In this document: in pieces, positions 30,028-39,329 of the stretch
How positions within the stretch are numbered: the first letter of the stretch is position 1
Layout of the letters: every line of letters begins with the position of its first letter
Source: a virus
Taxonomy: Duplodnaviria > Caudoviricetes
DNA: 64,000 nt
Virus record (IMG/VR): IMGVR_UViG_3300025362_000477
Direction: 5' to 3' (one strand)
The notes under the pieces: model-generated
What the model saw: only the letters and a program-made list of their open reading frames with translations
What the model was told of the DNA's origin: nothing
Databases searched by the model: none
Position numbers and translations under genes: made by a program

Positions 30028-30266
30028 ACACCACTAGTATACCGGGACTTCTTTTTAGGAAGTCCCTGTATTTTTCTCTGCTCGGAGTATAGTATAGCCG
30101 AGGTCACTTCGACCTTATAAACTATACCATATCTTCTACACTTATCAATAGAATCAGTAAGGTAGATGATCCCACCAGACATCACGTCCATTTGTGATAT
30201 TCCGGTTGGGGTTTTCAATGAATCCCCAATGGAGATTATATTTCGTGAACCATGATATAATATCAT
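29982..30266 (-). CDS. Small ADP-ribosyltransferase-fold-like protein
   Basis: LYHGS...IYLTDS...YG.VYKV pattern; AAGGAG RBS. Confidence 0.45.
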   Translation of the reverse strand: MILYHGSRNIISIGDSLKTPTGISQMDVMSGGIIYLTDSIDKCRRYGIVYKVEVTSAILYSEQRKIQGLPKKKSRYTSGVWVSLPENTRIKEVV

Positions 30267-30540
30267 GTGAATCTCCTTAAAAAATAGATCAATTTTAAGT
30301 TATATATGGAATGAACACTCATTCAAACCAAATCTAACTATCTTAATATGTCTTATATTGGATCTTTGACATAAGTATAATATGGTGCCTGTCTAAACCA
30401 AACCATATTATTAATATCAAACCTTAGCGGCGTCTGACATTAATTACCAAACCCGTCATCGGGTCGATGCTATATTCGTACATTAAAGCCTAGCTTTCTT
30501 TTGTACTGTTAATAAAACATGAAAAACCATCACAACAGAA

Positions 30541-30662
30541 CATGTTTAACATCATATGATATTCAACAAATCCCATTTCGGAATAAGCTAAATATCATAT
30601 GATGTTAGACATGAACATCATACGGATTATATCATTCGATATAATAGCTTAGCTTATCCGTA
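30541..30662. repeat. Inverted-repeat cluster in the divergent intergenic region
   Basis: 23-bp arms at 30541-30563 and 30591-30613 (one G-T-type mismatch); nested hairpin at 30621-30662. Confidence 0.7.
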
Positions 30663-30695
30663 AAGGCGAACATAAAAATAATGTAATATTATTTC

Positions 30696-30719
30696 CTATT
30701 CATAAATATATATATATAG
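30696..30719. promoter_or_regulatory. 24-nt AT-rich motif CTATTCATA...TATATATAG (copy 2)
   Basis: Matches 17169-17192 in length and flanks. Confidence 0.3.
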
Positions 30720-30825
30720 AGTAAAAAATCCATCCATAGTGGACAAAAGAATCTATCTTGAATGGTAAAAACGTCCATATATATAAATTAAAATAGAAGG
30801 GTTAATATACTAATAAGGAGCTAAT

Positions 30826-32256
30826 ATGATTAGATTTAACGAAACAGGCAAAAGAAAATATCAAATTCTTAATATTGATAGTAATGAAATTCCAGAAGAG
30901 ATAGATCCAAAAACAATCATCGTTGAAATGAATTTAATTTTTTCCCCAATAACAAATAAATTTTTCCGTTTAACAGAATTCGTAGAAGGTTGCAGTGACA
31001 CTATCGGAATTGAATTTGATAATTGGTATATTAAAATGATTAAAGATTATAAAAATTCAAAATATGATTATTCTATAATCAAGGCAAACATCCCTCAATT
31101 AAAAATTTATTGTAATCAATATCTTGAACATGTAGGAATCAACTTTGAAGATTACATCAATAGATCTAAAGTTTCAAAAAATAGTATTTTCTTTGATGCT
31201 GATGAGATTAAAAAGATCATTCAAGCTTCTAATTATCTAAAAATTTATTTTTCTTTCAGTCAAGATGCTAAAATGAAATTATCAAATAGATTTCATAAAC
31301 AAACATATAATATGTTAATTGAAAATATAAATGATACTAATATTATTTATAAACTATTCAAAATTGTTTCTAGTAAGACGTATGAATATAATTACACTGA
31401 CCGGTTCATGTGGGATTACATCAAGACTATTTACTGTAAAACAACTGATATGCATGTTTTTTCCATTTTTAATTTTATTATGAATAACATTCTAGTCACT
31501 TGCAAGATTGATTCAAATCCTATTCCTTATTTAATTAGTGTTATTGATGAATCTATTAAATGGATTCTAAAAAACATTTATAAAGATGCCATTATTTACT
31601 CTGAAACTGTGTGCACGCAAGATGTATATACTCAACAAGGACGAGATAAGTTATCAAGTTTTGCACAAAATGATACTTTAGGCAAACTACTTATCATCTC
31701 ATTTAATCAATTAGAAAATAACGGTATAAAAAATATTGAAACTTTTAAGAATAATATTACCGGTTTAAAAGAAATTTCATTGTTTGCGAATTATGTAACG
31801 TATCCCATTTTATCAAAAGTACTTGATATACCATATCGTCATTTTATGACTTTATCGGTTTCGAATTCATATTTATTAAATCTCTTAGTTCATTATTTAT
31901 TGCCAGTAGAATTTAAATCTAAATATCCAATTTTGTCTAAAATGCTATTACATTATAATAAACAAAAGCCAATTTTAAAGACCACGTATAAAGTTAAAAA
32001 TATAGATGTATTCACAGAAACCATTGGAACATTCCTAGGGTTTAAAAATAATATTACGCCTTATGATATGTATAGCAGTGTAATCGGAAAACTCTCCAGA
32101 AATAGTTATAACTCATTTCTTAATAATAAAGAAATAGTTAATTTTCCATTAGCCAAATTAGAAATAGATGTCATCAAATTTTATAATGATTATTTTGATG
32201 GGCGCATGGAGCATTTGTTTGACGATCTTAGAGAAAAGATCGATATTTTGTTATAG
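30826..32256 (+). CDS. Hypothetical protein (476 aa), divergently transcribed
   Basis: Long ORF with a TAAGGAG RBS and a downstream terminator; no recognised motif. Confidence 0.8.
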   Translation: MIRFNETGKRKYQILNIDSNEIPEEIDPKTIIVEMNLIFSPITNKFFRLTEFVEGCSDTIGIEFDNWYIKMIKDYKNSKYDYSIIKANIPQLKIYCNQYLEHVGINFEDYINRSKVSKNSIFFDADEIKKIIQASNYLKIYFSFSQDAKMKLSNRFHKQTYNMLIENINDTNIIYKLFKIVSSKTYEYNYTDRFMWDYIKTIYCKTTDMHVFSIFNFIMNNILVTCKIDSNPIPYLISVIDESIKWILKNIYKDAIIYSETVCTQDVYTQQGRDKLSSFAQNDTLGKLLIISFNQLENNGIKNIETFKNNITGLKEISLFANYVTYPILSKVLDIPYRHFMTLSVSNSYLLNLLVHYLLPVEFKSKYPILSKMLLHYNKQKPILKTTYKVKNIDVFTETIGTFLGFKNNITPYDMYSSVIGKLSRNSYNSFLNNKEIVNFPLAKLEIDVIKFYNDYFDGRMEHLFDDLREKIDILL

Positions 32257-32257
32257 T

Positions 32258-33370
32258 TTAAAGGGACTTTAGATTAATTTCTAAAGTCCCTATTTTATGC
32301 GCAAATTCCTTGAATTTTTTTATACATTTTTCTTTATCATTAAACCAATCAACTTCCCAACATCGAAATATATGAAGATTATTTAAAAGATATGTATCAT
32401 TTTTAATTTTATCATGTTTTTGAGATGCGGTAGATTTATGGTGAGGTTCATCAAATTCAATAACAATCTTCAATTCCTTAATATAACCATCAGGAAATAA
32501 AGAATCTATCTTAGTATTATTATCAATAAAGTAATCAGTATGGTTTTGTAACTCAGAAATAAAAGATAATTCATTATTTCCTTTTCTCGGACTAAATTTT
32601 TCACCATCTTTCAATCCATCTTCAATTGCTTTAATCATCATTTCTCTAGATCTTTTCCTTGATTCCATAGTTTGAAAATAATATTCAACCCCATGATTTT
32701 TAAGTGTAGTCTTCTTTATTCGATCATAAATGATCTTTGATTGGGGAGGATATAATACTCCATAATGCTTCATACATGTTTTACTTTTCTGATCCTTAAT
32801 TTGAGGCACCTGGCTAATATTAGAGACATCATATTTTAATTGAATTGAAGATTTAGATTTAGATCTTATTATTTCAGATTGCATCGGATAATCAGTTCCA
32901 TGATGTTCAAAACAAGTTTCTCTTTGCTTTATTTTCACATTTTCAGATTGCATTGGATATGCAACTCCTCTGTTCTTAATATTAGTCTGTCTTTTGAGAG
33001 TTTGAATTTTTTTCGATTTAGATGGGTTATCCACCCCATAATGATTAATATAACTTTTAATCTTCTTGTCATTTAATTCCCGAGATTTAGAAGGATGATC
33101 TACTCCATAATTCATCATGCATGTATTTTTCTTTTTGATTTGAACCGCATCCGATGAATTCGAACATTTAGTTGAACAATACAATCTATAACCTTTATCA
33201 ATATTAATAAATTTACATTGATTCCCACATTCTATACATTTACCATTACGAGAATCATGAAGATAACAATCATAATATTGTTTGATAGTCATATCATGAA
33301 TATGACGCAAATGAGAAGATAGACGTTTAAATTTCTTATTGCATATTTGACATAATTTTAAAGGTTTCAT
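32258..33370 (-). mobile_element. Homing endonuclease, YGVxN-repeat/EDxHD-like family
   Basis: CQIC..HLRH, YGVDN repeats and LFPDGYIKELKIVIEFDEPHH. Confidence 0.78.
32262..32291. terminator. Convergent terminator-like hairpin
   Basis: AGGGACTTTAGA/TCTAAAGTCCCT 12-bp stem between convergent genes. Confidence 0.7.
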
Positions 33371-33458
33371 ATAATTTATTCTATTAATTTTTATAATGAT
33401 TATTAAAATCATAAGATTCTAATCCCGATTAAGGGAATAAAATAAAAAGGAGATTTAT

Positions 33459-33653
33459 ATGAAAACTATTACAAAAACCATAGACGAACTTATTGAATCT
33501 AAAGATTCCCCATTACCATTAAAAGTAATTCCTAATAATATGGGAATTAATTTAAATAGTGTATCTACTATATCATGGAAACGATTAGAAAGTAGTAATC
33601 AATTAATGAATTTAACGATCAATTTCACCCCATCTAATGAGAATGTTCAATGA
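33459..33653 (+). CDS. Hypothetical protein
   Basis: AAGGAG RBS; coupled to the deaminase gene. Confidence 0.65.
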   Translation: MKTITKTIDELIESKDSPLPLKVIPNNMGINLNSVSTISWKRLESSNQLMNLTINFTPSNENVQ

Positions 33654-34210
33654 AAAGATTAGATCATATATCTTATGATGATATGTTTATTAGTATGGCT
33701 GCTATAGCCTCATATAGAAGTAAAGATCCAAACACTCAAAATGGATGTGTTATTACTACTAATGACCATAGAGTTGTTTCGCTTGGATATAATGGATTTC
33801 CTGAGTGGTGCAGTGATGATATTTTTCCATGGTCTTCACCTGAAAAATATGATTATGCAGAACATGCAGAAAGAAATGCAATATATAATGCCACTCGATT
33901 AGGTATCTCAACAATTGGATGTAAATTATATCTATATTCTGAAAGAGGTTATTATCCGTGTTCTGATTGTGCAAGAGCAATCATCCAATCTGGAATTAAA
34001 ACAGTAATAATGGCATGTGCTCAGAAAGGAGAGGCATCAGAAAATGGAAAATATTTATGGGAACCAACCAAACGAATGTTTATTGCTGCTGATGTTCAAC
34101 TATATACTCTTCCAAAATGTGAAAAATCATTCGTAAAAATATCTAATAAATTACTGGTATCATCAGGTATCATAAAAAATACTACAGGAGAAGAAGATAA
34201 TGTCTACTAG
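33650..34210 (+). CDS. dCMP deaminase
   Basis: RSKDP..Q.GC, GYNG, HAERNA and PCSDC zinc motifs. Confidence 0.93.
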   Translation: MKRLDHISYDDMFISMAAIASYRSKDPNTQNGCVITTNDHRVVSLGYNGFPEWCSDDIFPWSSPEKYDYAEHAERNAIYNATRLGISTIGCKLYLYSERGYYPCSDCARAIIQSGIKTVIMACAQKGEASENGKYLWEPTKRMFIAADVQLYTLPKCEKSFVKISNKLLVSSGIIKNTTGEEDNVY

Positions 34211-34451
34211 AGAAGATAGAAGTCGAGTAAAAAATAAAAAGAAATTTGATGAAGGTATGGATATGATCGACTGGGGAAAACGAAAAAGTACATCTGTTAG
34301 AGTCGAGGAAGGTGTATTGGATCATACGTGGGGTCGTGCAACTAAATATCATTACCATGAAAAACCAGATTATAAAATAGGTGATGCACCAGCAGTTAGC
34401 TTTCCGAATGCCCCAATGGAAAAATCTTTAATGGACTATAAGATCAAATAA
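34200..34451 (+). CDS. Hypothetical protein
   Basis: ORF overlapping the deaminase stop; GGAG RBS. Confidence 0.6.
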   Translation: MSTREDRSRVKNKKKFDEGMDMIDWGKRKSTSVRVEEGVLDHTWGRATKYHYHEKPDYKIGDAPAVSFPNAPMEKSLMDYKIK

Positions 34452-34625
34452 AGATGACGTCTATATCTTTATAAAGAACCTAGTTATTTTGACATTAAAG
34501 TTGAGGTTTAGGTTCTTTAAAGTATAGTTTAATTCAAAAGATGAATAAATGTTTATTGTAAAGAGTAATTATATCATACGTTTTTTTTGATGGATGGAAT
34601 AAAGAATAAATTTAAAAGGAATATT

Positions 34626-35765
34626 ATGCTCAAATGTAAAATATGCAATTCTGAATTTGATAAGAGTTTTCATTTATCTATTCATATCAAACAGAAACAC
34701 AATATACCAATTAAAGACTATTATGATAAATACTATAAAACAGAAGATGAAGGTTTTTGTAAAACATGCAGAAAAACAACCAAATTTCAATGTATGACTA
34801 ATGGATATATTACATATTGTTGTAATAGATGTGCTGCGATGGATAAAGATTTACAAAAAATAAAAAAATCAAAAATGAAAGTTCATTATAGAAATGGATC
34901 TATCCAAAAGAAAACCAAAGAAACATGTAATGAACGGTATGGTGTAGATAATCCATCTCAATCTAAAAAAATAAAAAATAAAAAGAAACAAACATTCCGA
35001 CAAAATTATGGAGTTGATAATTGTTTTCAACATCCAAAAATTCAAGAAAAATCAAAAGAAACATGTTTAGAAAAATATGGCGTAGAATATTCAGGATCAT
35101 CACCAATCGTACAGAAAAAGAAAAAACAAACATGTTTAAAAAAATATGGAGTAGAACATTATTCTGAAACAGATGAATACAAAGAGAAAATCAAACATAC
35201 ATGTAATGAACGGTATGGTGTAGATAACGTATTTGAATTAGATGAAATTAAAAAAAAATCCAAAGAATCATGTCTTAAAAAATATGGTACGGAATTTGCC
35301 TCACAATCAATAATAGTAAAAGATAAATCAAAAGAAACATGCATGTTGAAATTTGGAGTTGATAATCATGCTAAGACTTACATAGCAAGATTGAAATCTA
35401 GAAACATGCTGATTGAACGAATTAAAAAAGAAAATGGAAATAAGATAAATCCGATGAGAGGTAGTGGTGAAAAACCATGCTTTGATGAATTAGAAAAACA
35501 TATCCCATTTAAAATCGATAGAGATTTTACTAAAATTGGTTACTTCCCAGATGGATTCATTCATGAACTTAATTTAGTGATTGAATTTGATGAACCTGAA
35601 CACCAGTCTAGAGAATGGTATAAGGAACATGATATGAGGCGGAATTCTGATTTTGAAAAAATTGGTTATGAAACCCATAGAATTAAAAAAATCAATTGGG
35701 ATGATGATCCCAATAAATGTATAAAGAAATTCAAAAATATAATAACAAAATTAGACGGAGAATGA
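34626..35765 (+). mobile_element. Homing endonuclease, YGVxN-repeat/EDxHD-like family
   Basis: KCKIC..HIKQKH, many YGVDN/YGVE repeats and YFPDGFIHELNLVIEFDEPEH; 4 nt upstream of tmk. Confidence 0.78.
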
Positions 35766-35769
35766 TATA

Positions 35770-36375
35770 ATGTTTATAGTCATAGACGGTCCAAATGGCG
35801 CGGGCAAAACAACTTTGATTAATCAATTAAAAGATAGAGGTTATGATACTTTATCAAGTCCAAATGGGACAGACTTAGCTAAATTTCTTAGACCTGTATG
35901 CCGAGGAACTGAACCATGGGAAGAAGTTGATAAAACAGTTCAGTTTCTAGCATTTAGTGCAGCAAGACTTGATGAATATATTAAACGAGTCAAAGATAAA
36001 TCACATCAAATCATTGCTGATAGATGGTGGACATCAACATATACCTACCAATGTGTTCTACAGGGATTGGATGCTAAGTTCATGGAATATACTATCCACC
36101 CAGAAGAAAAAATTGATTTAGTTATTATATTAACAGCTGATTCAGATACTTTAATCTCTAGAGTTGAAAAGGAGAGATTGAAGAATCCTGATCATGGTAA
36201 ATGTTCATGGACTAAAGAACGAAAAACCATGGAACGAATAGCAGAAATATATGTTAAAGAACTTCCTGATTATTTAGAAAGTAAAAAAATTCCTCATATG
36301 ATTATTGATTCAAGTGGCAAAGATGCAGATGAAATTGAAGATCATGTATTATCGATTCTAGAATTATATAAATAA
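35770..36375 (+). CDS. tmk: Thymidylate kinase
   Basis: IVIDGPNGAGKTT P-loop, FSAAR and ADRWWTSTYTYQ motifs. Confidence 0.9.
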   Translation: MFIVIDGPNGAGKTTLINQLKDRGYDTLSSPNGTDLAKFLRPVCRGTEPWEEVDKTVQFLAFSAARLDEYIKRVKDKSHQIIADRWWTSTYTYQCVLQGLDAKFMEYTIHPEEKIDLVIILTADSDTLISRVEKERLKNPDHGKCSWTKERKTMERIAEIYVKELPDYLESKKIPHMIIDSSGKDADEIEDHVLSILELYK

Positions 36376-36386
36376 GTCGTGAAATA

Positions 36387-36416
36387 AGATCCTAGTAATT
36401 AATTTTACTAGGATCT
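36387..36416. terminator. Convergent terminator-like hairpin
   Basis: AGATCCTAGTAA/TTACTAGGATCT 12-bp perfect stem. Confidence 0.72.
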
Positions 36417-36439
36417 ATTACACGTCAAATTTTAAATTG

Positions 36440-36895
36440 TTAACCGGAACCTTTTGCTTTTTTCAATCTCCGAGATTCTAAAATAGATGTTGCATTTGAT
36501 GCGATATCAAACTGTTTATGATCGAGCATTCTTTGCTTTCTTAGATTATGTTTTTTCATAACAGCCTGTATTGCATTATTATATTCTTTACCAGTTTTGA
36601 ATTTACCATCGGCAGCAGCACGAACTAATCGAGTCATATCTATTTTGAGAGATTTATTTTGACGTGTTCCGGTACGTGCCATTATTTTAAATGCATTCAC
36701 AGTATCTGACCAAAGATATGATGGCCATAACCATATTTTAAATGATTTAACGAACTTTCTAACGTCACCTTTAAATCCAGTACTGAAACGATTCCAGAAA
36801 CGTTTAACTCGGCTTCTCTCATTACCGCTTTCATCTTTAGATTCCAGATATACAGTCTGCAAATCTTCTTTTAATAGTTGTTTATCAGTCTTCAT
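36440..36895 (-). CDS. Basic hypothetical protein (possible virion protein)
   Basis: Lys/Arg-rich; N-terminal LxE-type motifs. Confidence 0.55.
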   Translation of the reverse strand: MKTDKQLLKEDLQTVYLESKDESGNERSRVKRFWNRFSTGFKGDVRKFVKSFKIWLWPSYLWSDTVNAFKIMARTGTRQNKSLKIDMTRLVRAAADGKFKTGKEYNNAIQAVMKKHNLRKQRMLDHKQFDIASNATSILESRRLKKAKGSG

Positions 36896-36944
36896 AATTT
36901 AATCCTTATATAATGTATACATTTAATTTTATTCTTTTTCATTA

Positions 36945-37484
36945 TCATCCTTTCATTAATACCATCGGTTTAATAGCAGCCATGAACTTGGGCTTATCAA
37001 AGAATTTACCAGGACATGCATTATCTTTATCCTGAGATACTTCATTATGAAGAAATATATGCCCAAAAGGTATTGAAAACCATTTCATAACAGACGCAAC
37101 TGATCGATAACCTATCTGTTGATATGCTCGTTGTGTTGGTTGAACTAATGAATAATTACCAGCTATTGCTATATGAATAGAAACATCAAATTCAGAAGGG
37201 ATATCATCATATATACATCGATAACAAAATGGAGTACACATTACAGTTTCATAATCCTGATCTATTTTATCACAAAGAAAATGAAAAGGCATATCAAATT
37301 CATCATTAAATATCCAATTATAACTTCTAAGATATGCACTTACTGATTTCTTAGAATCAACTTTAGCCCTATCCAAATCTCCAAATCGACAAGATAGATC
37401 ATGAATAATAATATATTTAAACTTTCGTGTTGTTTTCTTGAAATAAACAGGTTTATATGGAACTATCATGCTATATCCCCTCAA
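36945..37484 (-). CDS. N-acetylmuramoyl-L-alanine amidase (Amidase_2, T7 lysozyme-like endolysin)
   Basis: YIIIH, FHFL, IHIAIAGNY, HNEV and ACPG zinc-amidase motifs. Confidence 0.8.
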   Translation of the reverse strand: MRGYSMIVPYKPVYFKKTTRKFKYIIIHDLSCRFGDLDRAKVDSKKSVSAYLRSYNWIFNDEFDMPFHFLCDKIDQDYETVMCTPFCYRCIYDDIPSEFDVSIHIAIAGNYSLVQPTQRAYQQIGYRSVASVMKWFSIPFGHIFLHNEVSQDKDNACPGKFFDKPKFMAAIKPMVLMKG

Positions 37485-37537
37485 TTAATCTAATATTCTT
37501 TTTAAATTTATTTATTACTGAATTTACAATATATAAA

Positions 37538-38671
37538 TTATAACCGAGATTTATTCATTCTATCAATTTTATCATAAATCAATATCACTTCTTCCCAATA
37601 TAATTCCCATTCCATTCTTAACTCTTCATCATATATCCAATCTGAACCAGCAGCCTTTAATTTATCATTCATGACTTTATAACGCATACCCATTAAAGAA
37701 TTAGGATGGGGAATAACCATAACTTTATTATCTTTATAAATCAACTTATCATATAATGATTGATATTGATTTATTCTTTTATTCGTAGAATCATCAATTT
37801 TTGTTACTATAAAAGAATTAGTAGGAATATCTATCCAATTCACCATTGAACTATAATCAGCAATACCGTTAACAGATATACCATTTACATTCATCCAATT
37901 CACCATTGAACTATAATCAGCAATACCGTTAACAGATATACCATTTACATTCATCCAATTCACCATTGAACTATAATCAGCAATACCGTTAACAGATATA
38001 CCATTTATAACGACGTCATTTATATTCATCCAATTCACCATCGAGTCATAATCAACGACACCATTAACAGATATACCATTTATAACGACGCCATTCACGT
38101 TCATCCAATGAATCTTAGAACTATAATCAACGATATTAGTAACAGATATAACATGAATATCTATATTATCAACATCAACAACCAGAATACTTAATCCATC
38201 AACATCCATCATAATTTCTGGCTCATTTTCAGTCTTAAGTAAATTATATTTCGTTTTAAGTTGAACAAGTATGGGTAATAATTCTATTTTTTTATTATCA
38301 GACAAATAATCATATAAAGTAGAAATTTCCTTAATAGCCAATGATGGAACTGGATCAGCACTCAAATCATAACGTGAAAAAAATCTACCAGCAGTTATCA
38401 AATCAATATCATTTATATTACATGCCAACCATTCCATAACCTTTTTATTAATAATTGAATTATCAACAGATGATCTTAACATATCAATATCATTCAAAAC
38501 TTCAATAATATTACTTTCTGATATACCGCCTCTTGATTTTTCAACGAATAAATTTTTAGCAGTTACAATATCGTATTTCTGAGTTGATTCTTCTACATAT
38601 AAAGGTGCAATCACCCGAGCACTAGATAAACCAAACATCAACATACATAATATAAATATCATTCGTTTCAT
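37538..38671 (-). CDS. Exported protein with 20-aa tandem repeats
   Basis: MKRMIFILCMLMFGLSSA signal-like peptide; NGISVNGIADYSSMVNWMNV repeats. Confidence 0.7.
   Translation of the reverse strand: MKRMIFILCMLMFGLSSARVIAPLYVEESTQKYDIVTAKNLFVEKSRGGISESNIIEVLNDIDMLRSSVDNSIINKKVMEWLACNINDIDLITAGRFFSRYDLSADPVPSLAIKEISTLYDYLSDNKKIELLPILVQLKTKYNLLKTENEPEIMMDVDGLSILVVDVDNIDIHVISVTNIVDYSSKIHWMNVNGVVINGISVNGVVDYDSMVNWMNINDVVINGISVNGIADYSSMVNWMNVNGISVNGIADYSSMVNWMNVNGISVNGIADYSSMVNWIDIPTNSFIVTKIDDSTNKRINQYQSLYDKLIYKDNKVMVIPHPNSLMGMRYKVMNDKLKAAGSDWIYDEELRMEWELYWEEVILIYDKIDRMNKSRL
37833..38135. repeat. 60-bp coding tandem repeat (about 3 exact plus 2 degenerate units)
   Basis: ATCCAATTCACCATTGAACTATAATCAGCAATACCGTTAACAGATATACCATTT recurs at a 60-nt period. 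Confidence 0.9.
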
Positions 38672-38688
38672 ATATACCTCACAAAAAC

Positions 38689-38732
38689 ACATATCATGAT
38701 ATGATATTATATTATATCATATCATGATATGT
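38689..38732. terminator. Perfect 19-bp inverted repeat (hairpin or operator)
   Basis: ACATATCATGATATGATAT / ATATCATATCATGATATGT with a 6-nt loop; intergenic. Confidence 0.65.
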
Positions 38733-38737
38733 TTTGT

Positions 38738-39283
38738 TTATTTTAACAGTTCAAGTTTAGACTTAACTTTACCAAGAAACTCAGAATTCTCCTCGGTTGC
38801 AGAAACAACCATCAAAACTCTAGTTAAGAACTTGATGTAATTTTCTACCGACATAGTAGCAGCTACTTTATCTATTAAAGATCTTAATATATTATTATCT
38901 CCGTACTTCAACATAGCCAGATATGCTTCATCACCATTTTTTCCCTGCGCAATTAAACAATGACCAATACCACACTGGGCACGAGCTAAAATACTATTCT
39001 CAGCATCAGGGTAATCTGCTATGACTTTATTATACGCAATAGCAGCTGCGGAATAATCTCGAGTATATTTATAGCACTGACCAATATCATACTGGGCACT
39101 AGCTAAAATATCCTTATTTGCTGTAGGGTAATCAGTAATCAACTTTTCAAATGCAACCACAGCTCCATTATAATTCTGATTCAAATACAGAGCTTCTGCG
39201 TTATCAAAATCATTAGTTATATCAGCATTTGCTAACATTGTCGTCATCATAATAACCATCGTTATTAATTTTTTCATTTTCAT
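38738..39283 (-). CDS. Exported TPR-repeat protein (BamD/YbgF-like)
   Basis: Signal-like MKKLITMVIMMTTMLANA; AEALY..Y..A...FEKLITDYP and AQY.IG.CY repeats. Confidence 0.75.
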   Translation of the reverse strand: MKMKKLITMVIMMTTMLANADITNDFDNAEALYLNQNYNGAVVAFEKLITDYPTANKDILASAQYDIGQCYKYTRDYSAAAIAYNKVIADYPDAENSILARAQCGIGHCLIAQGKNGDEAYLAMLKYGDNNILRSLIDKVAATMSVENYIKFLTRVLMVVSATEENSEFLGKVKSKLELLK

Positions 39284-39329
39284 CTCTCCTCGTTTTTTAT
39301 TATAAAATGTTTAAACCATTTAAACATAA

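Noticed and set aside
30300-30545. Chain of three 17-19-codon ORFs on the minus strand in the divergent intergenic region
   Set aside because: No clear RBS, and such lengths are expected by chance.
34473-34518. 10-bp inverted repeat (AAAGAACCTA/TAGGTTCTTT) and a nearby TTGACA upstream of an endonuclease gene
   Set aside because: The loop is long and there is no correctly spaced -10 element, so it is too weak to call.
17178-36373. T4-type late promoters (TATAAATA at about 17178 and 36366)
   Set aside because: Expected by chance in such AT-rich DNA, not consistently oriented to gene starts, and no gp55-like sigma was seen.
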